A stretch of 64,000 nt of DNA from Candidatus Spyradenecus sp. (GCA_045613865.1 JAZLBT010000026.1:5001-69000), one strand, 5' to 3'. Counted from the first letter of the stretch, positions 1 to 7,541 are shown. Numbers and translations: made by a program. The notes: generated by a model from the sequence alone, not told the origin.

Positions 1-30
1 CGCCTCATTACTTGGATTTTAGGATTCTAA
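1..30 (+). CDS. 3' end of a small hydrophobic peptide (..RLITWILGF*), paralog of 316-426; truncated by window edge
   Basis: cgcctcattacttgg at 1-15 recurs exactly at 382-396 inside the 316-426 ORF, in the same reading (RLITW). Confidence 0.55.
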   Translation, partial: RLITWILGF

Positions 31-65
31 AAAATGAATGGCTAAAAAGATTCGCGATTACAATT

Positions 66-185
66 AAAAAAAACGCCCTCGGCTTCAGGGCGAGGGCGTT
101 CTAAAAGGCAGGTGATACCACTGTTATCTCGTGGCTCTACTGACCGAGGCGTTCATGAGGTTAGTCCCCAGTAGTTACCGCCAGT
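66..185 (-). ncRNA. candidate small structured RNA 'A'
   Basis: Directly downstream of the 187-221 promoter cassette. Internal stems TGGC/GCCA and CTACTG/CAGTAG. Ends in hairpin aacgccctcg..cgagggcgtt plus T8 on the minus strand. Confidence 0.55.
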
Positions 186-186
186 A

Positions 187-221
187 AGAATACTAAATCA
201 CAAACGATGAATGTTTGTCAA
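187..221 (-). promoter_or_regulatory. repeated sigma70-like promoter cassette, copy 1 (TTGACA-N15-TGn-TTTAGT)
   Basis: 187-228 is 40/42 identical to 5318-5359; its reverse complement matches 2204-2238. Confidence 0.7.
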
Positions 222-315
222 TGAAAAAGAGTCAAAAAAGCACGAAAAATGAAACTTGTGACGGTTTTTAGTCCTTGTCGACCTTTTATCTCGCAGCCTA
301 AGAGGAATAAATCCA

Positions 316-426
316 ATGAATAATCTGACGAAACAATGTTTGCGTGATATGGCCTCGGCCCTTGCAGGAATTTTCTTTTATCGCCTCATTACTTGGTTAT
401 TGGGTGCTAACGGCATTTGGACCTAA
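316..426 (+). CDS. 36-aa hydrophobic peptide, Ldr/Fst type I toxin-like (MNNLTKQCLRDMASALAGIFFYRLITWLLGANGIWT)
   Basis: AGAGGA RBS at 301-306; one hydrophobic segment; D-x-A..LAGI..W pattern resembles Ldr; a second copy ends at 30. Confidence 0.55.
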   Translation: MNNLTKQCLRDMASALAGIFFYRLITWLLGANGIWT

Positions 427-429
427 TAA

Positions 430-540
430 CAAAAAATAAGGAGTTTGTGATGTTCGTTATGCAGACCTACCTGGACATAACGCCTACTGCTTCATGCTTA
501 CTGTTCATGCGGCAATGAAGAGTTTCACAAACTCTGTACT
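430..540 (-). ncRNA. candidate small structured RNA 'B' (multi-stem junction)
   Basis: Closing stem gagtttgtga/tcacaaactc encloses cgttatg/cataacg and cttcat/atgaag stems. TTGACA on minus at 567-572; T-run on minus at 431-436. Confidence 0.5.
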
Positions 541-624
541 CATAACATCTCACATCTCACGCTTATTGTCAAGGAGAAAAGGCTAAAATGTTTAAAATAC
601 GAATAAAAGAGTGCGATTGTTTGC

Positions 625-700
625 TTGGCACACTTTTTGACCTGCCTAAATGATTTTAAAGAATTTCAGAAATAGACTACGATTGATTGAAAAAGTGAAA
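625..700 (+). repeat. degenerate partial copy of the outer end of the 39.5/41.6-kb inverted-repeat element
   Basis: ttggc..actttttgacctgcctaaa..gaaatag..tacga..gaaaaagtgaaa aligns with 5502-5570 and 41791-41858. Confidence 0.55.
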
Positions 701-894
701 CCAATAAGAAGCCCTTTACATCGAGGTGCCTTAGTTTCGTACTTTTCCAGAGGAACTTCTACCTTACAAACACAATTATTAAACCATAACAATAAAAGAA
801 ATATCGAAGAGGTGAATTGAATCATTGACATGAGATTGAAGAAGTGTTACTGTTAGAGGGAGTTTTCTCGGTGGATGTTATAGGACGTGGATTA

Positions 895-1761
895 ATGAAA
901 AAAACAACAAAAACCTCTCAGAAAGTTGCCAAACTGATTCAACATGCGCGTACCGGAAATGTTGAGGCACAGTATAACGTGGCATTAAAATATGTTTATG
1001 GTGATGGTGTACCAAAAAATCTACGCTTGGCAAGAAAGTATTATCGTCTGGCTGCATGTCAGGGACACATGTATGCGCAAAATAATCTAGGCGCGATGTA
1101 TCGTATGGGGGAAGGTGGAAAAATTGATTATCTAGAGGCGTTACGATGGTTTAAATTGGCTGCTGCACAAGGTGATGAATACGCCTATTCTTCGTTGGGG
1201 TGCATGTATGAAGAAGGATTAGGCGTTCGTAAAAATTATCGTAAGGCGGCTGAGTATTATCACTTTGCAGCGAACCGAGGGGATACTAGCGCTCAAAATG
1301 CATTGGGGTTAATGTATGAATCTGGAAAAGGTGTCCCGAAAGATTACCGAGAAGCCGCACGCCTGTATGAACTCGCGGCAGAGCAAGGCTCTGTCTACGC
1401 CAAAAACAACCTCGCAATTTTGTATAACCATGGACGAGGGGTTGAAAAAGATGTAGAAAAAGCAATTGCGCTCTACTATGCTTGCGCGAGTGAGGGACTT
1501 GCCGAAGCGGAATGTAACTTGGCGATATTGTACCTAAAGGGGAAATGTGTCCCTCGCGACGTAATGATAGCCGTTGATTTCTTTACGCGGGCAGCGAAAA
1601 GAGGACTGGCCGAGGCGCAATTTAGATTAGCTAAAATGTATACCCAAGGTCGCGGTGTTTCGCGTGACTTACGAAAGGCAATCCCACTCTATCGTCGTGC
1701 TGCAAGAAGTGGTCGAAAGGCTGCGCAAAATTGGCTTACAAAACATGGTTATACGTGGTAA
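895..1761 (+). CDS. Sel1-like repeat (TPR) protein
   Basis: About 7 repeats of AQxNLGxMYxxGxGVxxDyxxAxxxYxxAAxQG; ATG 895 preferred to GTG 844. Confidence 0.9.
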   Translation: MKKTTKTSQKVAKLIQHARTGNVEAQYNVALKYVYGDGVPKNLRLARKYYRLAACQGHMYAQNNLGAMYRMGEGGKIDYLEALRWFKLAAAQGDEYAYSSLGCMYEEGLGVRKNYRKAAEYYHFAANRGDTSAQNALGLMYESGKGVPKDYREAARLYELAAEQGSVYAKNNLAILYNHGRGVEKDVEKAIALYYACASEGLAEAECNLAILYLKGKCVPRDVMIAVDFFTRAAKRGLAEAQFRLAKMYTQGRGVSRDLRKAIPLYRRAARSGRKAAQNWLTKHGYTW

Positions 1762-1771
1762 AGTCCAATGA

Positions 1772-1905
1772 AATTAAAATGAGCCTACCCTTTCGGATGA
1801 GCTCGGGGGCGTAAAACACTCTTCAGTAAACTTGGCGTTGGAACCGAAGCAGACACCCTCCATATCTGAACATCTAGACTTGCATAAATGGAGAACTGAT
1901 TACCG
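1772..1905 (-). ncRNA. candidate small structured RNA 'C'
   Basis: Minus promoter TTGCTT(1931-1936)-17-GATACT(1908-1913). Stems ctccat/atggag and cttcgg/ctgaag; terminal hairpin gagctcatccgaaagggtaggctc plus T-run. Confidence 0.5.
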
Positions 1906-1945
1906 TCAGTATCGCATAACCTGCTTTTAGAAGCAATCTTTTTCA

Positions 1946-1980
1946 TTGACATATCATCTGATTTTGTGCTCTAATGTTCT
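1946..1980 (+). promoter_or_regulatory. promoter cassette, diverged copy (TTGACA-N15-TGc-TCTAAT)
   Basis: Same 35-nt length, same upstream tttttca, and TTGTG..TAATGTTCT end as the other copies. Confidence 0.6.
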
Positions 1981-2188
1981 TGTTTTCAAAGCGAAGGCTC
2001 CTCCAAGGAAGTAAGTTTGAGGCACTTGGAAGTAGACGGTGGCCGGAAATAACAGGTGCAGGTTCGCCTGCAAGTGCGAAAGATCCGAAAGGTGAAGCCC
2101 GGCGGTCGACATTAGTAAGTCGCGCCAATGTCATCCTCCGTTTTGTTCTCTATTTGGCCACCACGCGAACGATAGCGGGTGGCCTTTT
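1981..2188 (+). ncRNA. candidate structured RNA 'D' (paralog of F)
   Basis: 22-nt exact match aaagatccgaaaggtgaagccc (2079-2100) to the reverse complement of 4746-4767; terminator ggccacc..ggtggcc-tttt at 2156-2188. Confidence 0.65.
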
Positions 2189-2203
2189 CCAAAGCGATAA
2201 TAC

Positions 2204-2238
2204 TTGATAAACATTCATCGTTTGTGGTTTACTGTTCT
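2204..2238 (+). promoter_or_regulatory. promoter cassette copy (TTGATA-N15-TGg-TTTACT)
   Basis: 32/35 identical to the reverse complement of 5318-5352. Confidence 0.7.
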
Positions 2239-2239
2239 T

Positions 2240-2407
2240 CGCAAAACGGAGATAGAGACCATCCTCTGAGCCGTGAGTTGCCCGATGCCAGATGGTGAGG
2301 CATTTTGGTAGGCTTCTTTTGAAGCCGAGGCGCTTCCAAAAGTTTGCGGGTGAACGTGTGCGCTTTTGGATTAAACCTGGGGATGTTCACCAGCCCCGCG
2401 GTTTTTT
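2240..2407 (+). ncRNA. candidate structured RNA 'E' (paralog of G)
   Basis: AAACGGAGAT..CCGTGAGTT..TGCGGG shared with G; stems ccaaaag/cttttgg and ggcttc/gaagcc; terminator hairpin plus T6 at 2373-2407. Confidence 0.6.
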
Positions 2408-2428
2408 ACACTCGCCGGTTTTTCGTCA

Positions 2429-2457
2429 TTGACATTTTTCGCACATTGGGGTATTTT
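2429..2457 (+). promoter_or_regulatory. sigma70-like promoter of the ankyrin gene
   Basis: TTGACA-17-TATTTT, about 55 nt upstream of ATG 2511. Confidence 0.55.
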
Positions 2458-2510
2458 ATAAATATCAATTCTTTTAACCCCGTGATACGTCTCCGTGTCG
2501 AGACGTTTTT

Positions 2511-4394
2511 ATGACTCAAAAAACAATTCGTTTCGTTGGTGTCTCGCGCCTCAATCAGGCTGTTTTACCCTTTTTCTTTAACCGAGCCATTTCGCTAACG
2601 CCTTCCGTGCGTCGGCGATTGTTCAAATATGCCGATGAGGCCACAGCGGTGGTGCGCGCCTACTACCGCCGGTCTATCTTTCCGCATCACTACGGACGAG
2701 ATCCCGAGAATTGGGAGGTCTCTCCTAGTGCACTAGCGGCCTACGCCTTCTTTCTACGTGGCCTCGCGCGCGGACGCATCTTTCGTTATGGTGCCATTTT
2801 CCACTCGGTCGGTATTGCGGCAGCAAGTTTAAATCACGTTGAGATTTTACAACTCCTCATTCACGAGGGAATTCCCTTGGATTTACTCCATGAAGGGGGT
2901 GACACTGTGCTTGCCACCGCGATTCGCTACCATCACGAACCTTTGGCCCACGCCCTCATGGATGCATTCCCACGTTTTATAAGCCACAAATATGCCCCGA
3001 GTGCGATGTATGCCTGTATCTTTTCAGGCACTATTCCACTCTTTTTTGACATGGTTGAGCGCGGTTTCTCTATTACCTTTTTCATGGGTTTCAAAGATTG
3101 GATTGGCACCCCCTTGAGCGCCGCTGTGCGTCGCGGACGTCATACCATCACACGCTACCTGCTTAAACACGCCTTCACTGAGGCCAATATTCTCATGCCC
3201 AAGACCTTTGAGTATGACCCGTTGCACGCTTACTTCAAATGGACTCTCTTTAAAGAAGCCATCTGTCACCAAAACCGAGAAGTCCTTGACCATCTCAAAG
3301 CGCACGGTTGGAACCCGCCAGCAAAAATAATTGGGGCCTTCTGCAGAGAAACAGGCGTCCTCGACTCCCTTACGCGCCTCAAATTCACCGAAACCGTCTA
3401 TCCCGACTTACCCTTCCGCAAACACATCCAAGCGATGTGCATGGATGAAGATAACTGTTGGTTCATTGACGATGACATTCTGCGGTATTACAACCTTCCA
3501 CTCAATGAAGATGAGGAGGACTTAACGCGTGTAAAGGCCGAGCCACACGATTGGCGCACAGATATCCCCTCTACCATGGAGGAAATTGGGGAATGTCTTG
3601 GCGAACGCCCCGAAAACATCCTGCGCCTCATCCCACGCATTCGTGAACAACTGCGCACCTATTATCAAAAAGCAGAGTTTTCCCATCACGCAGCACGTGC
3701 CTCGGTCTATGCCCTCTGCCTCGCACAACACTCTGCCGCACCCCTCTTTACTCACGAAGAATTACAAGACGCCGTGCGTCAAAACTCGGAGTTTAAGTAC
3801 TACGCTACGTCTTATCACGAACGTATCCTCGGCGTTAAGATTTTCAAAAAAAATTATGAGCGCGTCAGAAAAATTGATCATATCGTAGCACTACAAGGGA
3901 AAGACTTGCAATCCTTTCTTGATCAAAGCGATGAAGCCCTTGAAAAATATCAGACATGTTATGGCATTCCCATCATTCGTTACATCGCAGAAAAATCCAC
4001 CGTAGAAGCCCTTGAAATGTGGATGGAACGTGGTTTCTCAATTTGCGCCTGCGAAGAAATTGAATCCTGGCATCCCACACACTATGCTAACCCAGAAATT
4101 CTTGACTACTACTTCACCCACGTCGGCATGCACTACCGCACTAGATGCAATGAATACGCAGACACCCTCGCCTTCTCCATCCGTGGCGATGACGCAAGAT
4201 GCGTCAAAATCTTTGTCAAACATGGCTACCCCCTCAATCGTCGCCTCTGCGATCACGACTACCCGCTCGCCTATGCCTTCTATGAAGGCGCCGAAAAAAT
4301 GACGCATGCCCTCTACGATGTTGGCGCCAAAATGTTGGACCGAAAAGGTCGAAAAATGAACCTACCCCCATGGTTTAAACCGCTTCGCGGTTGA
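2511..4394 (+). CDS. ankyrin-repeat protein
   Basis: GDTVLATAIRYHHEPL, GTPLSAAVRRGR, DYPLAYAFYEGA-type ankyrin motifs. Confidence 0.75.
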   Translation: MTQKTIRFVGVSRLNQAVLPFFFNRAISLTPSVRRRLFKYADEATAVVRAYYRRSIFPHHYGRDPENWEVSPSALAAYAFFLRGLARGRIFRYGAIFHSVGIAAASLNHVEILQLLIHEGIPLDLLHEGGDTVLATAIRYHHEPLAHALMDAFPRFISHKYAPSAMYACIFSGTIPLFFDMVERGFSITFFMGFKDWIGTPLSAAVRRGRHTITRYLLKHAFTEANILMPKTFEYDPLHAYFKWTLFKEAICHQNREVLDHLKAHGWNPPAKIIGAFCRETGVLDSLTRLKFTETVYPDLPFRKHIQAMCMDEDNCWFIDDDILRYYNLPLNEDEEDLTRVKAEPHDWRTDIPSTMEEIGECLGERPENILRLIPRIREQLRTYYQKAEFSHHAARASVYALCLAQHSAAPLFTHEELQDAVRQNSEFKYYATSYHERILGVKIFKKNYERVRKIDHIVALQGKDLQSFLDQSDEALEKYQTCYGIPIIRYIAEKSTVEALEMWMERGFSICACEEIESWHPTHYANPEILDYYFTHVGMHYRTRCNEYADTLAFSIRGDDARCVKIFVKHGYPLNRRLCDHDYPLAYAFYEGAEKMTHALYDVGAKMLDRKGRKMNLPPWFKPLRG

Positions 4395-4731
4395 TAACTC
4401 GCTCGGCCCCATCGATATTGTTTGGGGTATTCCAGGAGACGCCAAGAATGATTACGCAGGCGGTTACGGCATTTCTCATACACTGGCTAAGCACGGAAAG
4501 GAAGCATTAGAACAAGCTCCTCTTCTTCTAGCTTATGGAAAATATTATAAGGATGTTTGGAGAAAAAACGGCTGGCTGGTTATCAAAGGTCACTGGGTCG
4601 CCGCACTTAACGAAGATAAAAACAGTAATATTTATCTTTCTACGATTTACAAATCAATAGAAAAGGCGGCTCGCTACTCGCGAAGCCGCCAAATCGAAAA
4701 CAAAGTAGGAGATGATGGCGCGACTCTCTAG
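4390..4731 (+). pseudogene. start-less PBECR (Barnase/EndoU/ColicinE5-D/RelE-like) nuclease fragment
   Basis: Frame open 4360-4731 with no ATG; reads LGPIDIVWG..GGYGISHTLAKH..IYLSTIYK, matching my recollection of the PBECR3 DIDLVWG..GYGLxHIxxKH motif; absent from the ORF track. Confidence 0.6.
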
Positions 4732-4734
4732 TGG

Positions 4735-4866
4735 ACGACTTTCCAGGGCTTCACCTTTCGGATCTTTTGTACCCACGCCGTAGCTAATGGTATACTACTT
4801 CCTGGCACCGCTACGCATTATAGCCCTCACAGCTGTAGTCTATAATGGGAGCTCCTCTTTGAACAT
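4735..4866 (-). ncRNA. candidate structured RNA 'F', convergent with the nuclease fragment (paralog of D)
   Basis: TTGACT at 4894-4899 on minus. Shares TTCAAAG, GCTCC, GTAG(A)CGGTG, GGAARTA and the 22-nt block with D. Confidence 0.65.
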
Positions 4867-5008
4867 TTATAGTGTTCCAAATCTTAAACCAAAAGTCAAG
4901 CATTTTTATCGTTTTGGAAAGAGCCATTTAAAGGCAATGTAAAGCAAGCCAACAATATTGATTGTGGTTGTGCTAAGGAGTGTAATTTGCACAGGTTCTA
5001 CTAAATGA

Positions 5009-5167
5009 CTAACTCCCCACGCACAAAGTAGTAATGTTGTCATTAAATCAACCAGTGAAAAGAATAGCGTAATGGTCTTTGTGGATAATAATGGCGAAGT
5101 ACAAGAAGCCTTTGACGTCTTCACAAAAACGACAAAAGACATTCGTAGAAGTTTAAAGGAAAAATGA
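5009..5167 (+). pseudogene. possible second C-terminal nuclease-like fragment (..NSVMVFVDNNGEVQEAFDVFTKTTKDIRRSLKEK*)
   Basis: 52 open codons, beta-hairpin-like pattern, stop abuts RNA G as the PBECR fragment abuts F; no diagnostic motif. Confidence 0.3.
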
Positions 5168-5316
5168 GTCGGTGCTGGCGGCAAGACCCACACACCGCAA
5201 TGTTCTCGTTATGCGCGTGCCCGCACAAGAACAAGGCAAAACCCTCTAGTTCATAGGGTGGCGTAGCCCAGGGAGGAACTCACGGAGCAAATGTACGCCC
5301 ACATCTCCGTTTCGTT
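5160..5316 (-). ncRNA. candidate structured RNA 'G' (paralog of E)
   Basis: Directly downstream of promoter cassette 5318-5352; atctccgttt (5303-5312) and aactcacgg (5277-5285) match E; terminal hairpin cggtg..caccg at 5170-5197. Confidence 0.6.
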
Positions 5317-5317
5317 G

Positions 5318-5352
5318 AGAATATTAAACCACAAACGATGAATGTTTGTCAA
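5318..5352 (-). promoter_or_regulatory. promoter cassette copy (TTGACA-N15-TGg-TTTAAT)
   Basis: Near-identical to 187-221 and 2204-2238. Confidence 0.7.
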
Positions 5353-5390
5353 TGAAAAAAGGTAAAAAATAGAAGGGGAAAACCGAATGA

Positions 5391-5501
5391 GTGTTTTTTA
5401 TCTTTGTCTACTATTTTTTGTGCGCCTTCCGCATGGGCTTCGGCTTTATGCTGGGCGGTATCTTAACAGTCAAATGTCTTGAGTTATTTTACGAATCTTA
5501 A
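5391..5501 (+). CDS. 36-aa hydrophobic peptide (MFFIFVYYFLCAFRMGFGFMLGGILTVKCLELFYES)
   Basis: GTG start, GAAGGGG at 5372-5378; same length and same side of the promoter cassette as 316-426. Confidence 0.35.
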   Translation: MFFIFVYYFLCAFRMGFGFMLGGILTVKCLELFYES

Positions 5502-5570
5502 TTGGCCGGGGACTTTTTTGACCTGCTTAAATTGTTTTAGGAAATAGTACGAAGGGCCGAAAAAGTGAAA
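5502..5570 (+). repeat. partial copy of the inverted-repeat element outer end
   Basis: ttggccggggactttt..gacct..aaatagtacgaagggccgaa.aagtgaa matches 41791-41858 and the reverse complement of 39459-39526. Confidence 0.8.
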
Positions 5571-5740
5571 TAGAAAGGATATTTTATCAAAATCTTAACA
5601 TTTTCGTTCGCCTATTTCACCCCATCATTGAGCGGTTTATTTTCTTGGTTTTAAGGTGTCAAATGATAACAATAAAAAGTAGATGCAATACGCCTCATAA
5701 CTGAAGGTTGCATCTACTTTACGGACATGTAATTTTAGGA

Positions 5741-6118
5741 TTAAAGTGCGTACGTTGAGATCAATTGGCAAATTTCGATCACATTTGTACGCCCAGTGAA
5801 TTGAAACTTCACTTTACCGACCGCAGAGACGTAAACTTCCAACTCGGAATCCATATCAAATGTGCCTGCCGTTTCAACGGAAAAGGTTGTGATTTTGCTA
5901 TAGGGAATTGACGTATAATCTGTCTTCTTTCCCGTAATGCCTTGTACATTGATTGCAATAATTCGCTTGTTGGTGAAGACTACACCATCACGAATGGTTT
6001 TATAGGTTCCAACAATCTCTTCACCAGCAACTAAGAATGGCGCAACCTTCTTCGCGAAAACATCGTTCTCGACTTGTTTCATTCGAGAGAAAAATCCCTT
6101 GCTATTAAAGTCTATCAT
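5741..6118 (-). CDS. bacterial PH-domain protein (bPH_1/YjqA-like)
   Basis: RDGVVFTNKRII..QGITGKK..SIPYSKI..FSVETAGTFDMDSEL. Confidence 0.9.
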   Translation of the reverse strand: MIDFNSKGFFSRMKQVENDVFAKKVAPFLVAGEEIVGTYKTIRDGVVFTNKRIIAINVQGITGKKTDYTSIPYSKITTFSVETAGTFDMDSELEVYVSAVGKVKFQFTGRTNVIEICQLISTYAL

Positions 6119-6543
6119 TTAAACATCCTCTAGCCTGTTTATTTAAACACCAAACGTAGCAGACAGGCAATAGACAACCACTTTTGGTGCTAACGAAGAC
6201 AATGGGAATCGTTGACAATTGCAAAAGGATTTAAACACGCAATGTGTATGCCCTCAAAGGTGACGTTTGTCGCTAATTTCCTAGATTTCCGCTAGCAGTT
6301 TATACGCATCACTGCAAAGAGAGAAATGTCATAACGCTCTCACAGCTTAGTTTTAGTGTAGCACATTCAAGCGTTTGCAGCAAACAAAAAAATCTTCTTC
6401 CACGTTTCTACAATTGCATTGTCGATTGTATCATGAAAATGGAGTTTTATTGGCACTTTTATATTTATATGTTAATATCAAGTAGCGAGGTGTATCGGTT
6501 TGTGCTATAATGGTCGTGTTTCTTCACGAAAGGTTTTTAGGTT

Positions 6544-7461
6544 ATGGTTTATGATATTGTGATTTTAGGCAGTGGTCCTGCAGGGTGCACAGCGGCGATT
6601 TATGCAGCGCGTGCAGGGTTTAAGCCATTGGTTCTCGAGGGGATGCAACCTGGCGGACAGTTGACGCAGACAACGGATATTGAGAATTTCCCTGGCTTTG
6701 AAAAGGGTATTAATGGCTATGATTTGGTTGTGACGATGCGTCAGCAGGCGGAACGTTTTGGCGCAGTTTTTGAAATGGATGAGTGTATCGGGGCAGATTT
6801 TTCTGGTGAGGTTAAACGCCTCGAGACGATGGTGAATGGAACGATTGAAGCGCGTGTTGTGATTTTGGCAACGGGGGCTTCGGCGCGTTGGTTGGGGCTT
6901 GAGAGTGAGAAGCGGTTGATGGGGCATGGCGTTTCGGCATGCGCGACGTGTGATGGTGCCTTTTTTAAGGGAATGGATGTCGCTGTCAATGGCGGTGGTG
7001 ATACGGCGTGTGAAGACGCGTTGTATTTATCGAAGTTGTGTAATAAGGTGACGTTGATTCATCGCCGTGATACGTTGCGCGCGAGCAAGGTGATGGCTGA
7101 TCGCGTTCTTTCTACACCGAATATTGAGATGGCGTGGAATTCAACGGTGGTTGAGGTGCTTGATCCTGCTCAGGGTGAAGTTTCGGCCGTGCGTTTGCGG
7201 AGTACTGTGGATGGTTCTGAGCGTCTTTTGCCCGTGCGTGCATTGTTTGTCGCCATTGGTCATACGCCGAATACGAAGTTTTTAGAAGGCGCACTTGATT
7301 TGGATGAACATGGGTATATTGTGACGGATGGTGTACATACGAGTGCAAAGGGTGTTTTTGCAGCGGGTGATGCACAGGATCCGTATTACAAGCAGGCAAT
7401 TATTGCGGCGGGTTCGGGTGCCGTTGCAGCACTCGAGGCTGAACGTTATTTGTTGCATTGA
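6544..7461 (+). CDS. trxB: thioredoxin-disulfide reductase
   Basis: GSGPAG, GGQL, CATCDG, GGGDTA, HRR. Confidence 0.97.
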   Translation: MVYDIVILGSGPAGCTAAIYAARAGFKPLVLEGMQPGGQLTQTTDIENFPGFEKGINGYDLVVTMRQQAERFGAVFEMDECIGADFSGEVKRLETMVNGTIEARVVILATGASARWLGLESEKRLMGHGVSACATCDGAFFKGMDVAVNGGGDTACEDALYLSKLCNKVTLIHRRDTLRASKVMADRVLSTPNIEMAWNSTVVEVLDPAQGEVSAVRLRSTVDGSERLLPVRALFVAIGHTPNTKFLEGALDLDEHGYIVTDGVHTSAKGVFAAGDAQDPYYKQAIIAAGSGAVAALEAERYLLH

Positions 7462-7541
7462 TTGAGGGCGCTCGTTGTTGAATGAGCGTTTGGATATCAC
7501 AGGGCGATAGGCTTTCAATACGTTGAAGTGAGGGTCATGGG

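Noticed and set aside
66-540. Known self-cleaving ribozymes (hammerhead, twister, pistol, hatchet) as the identity of A or B
   Set aside because: Core consensus nucleotides such as CUGAUGA..GAAA were not found by eye; a cmscan is still needed
1943-2207. Short ORFs over elements C-E, and similarly 4906-5193(-)
   Set aside because: No RBS or motifs; the conservation pattern follows RNA stems rather than codons
4448-4510. 20-aa Fst-like ORF MITQAVTAFLIHWLSTERKH with AGGAG RBS
   Set aside because: Lies inside the better supported PBECR-like frame; hydrophobic stretch too short for a TM helix; not fully excluded
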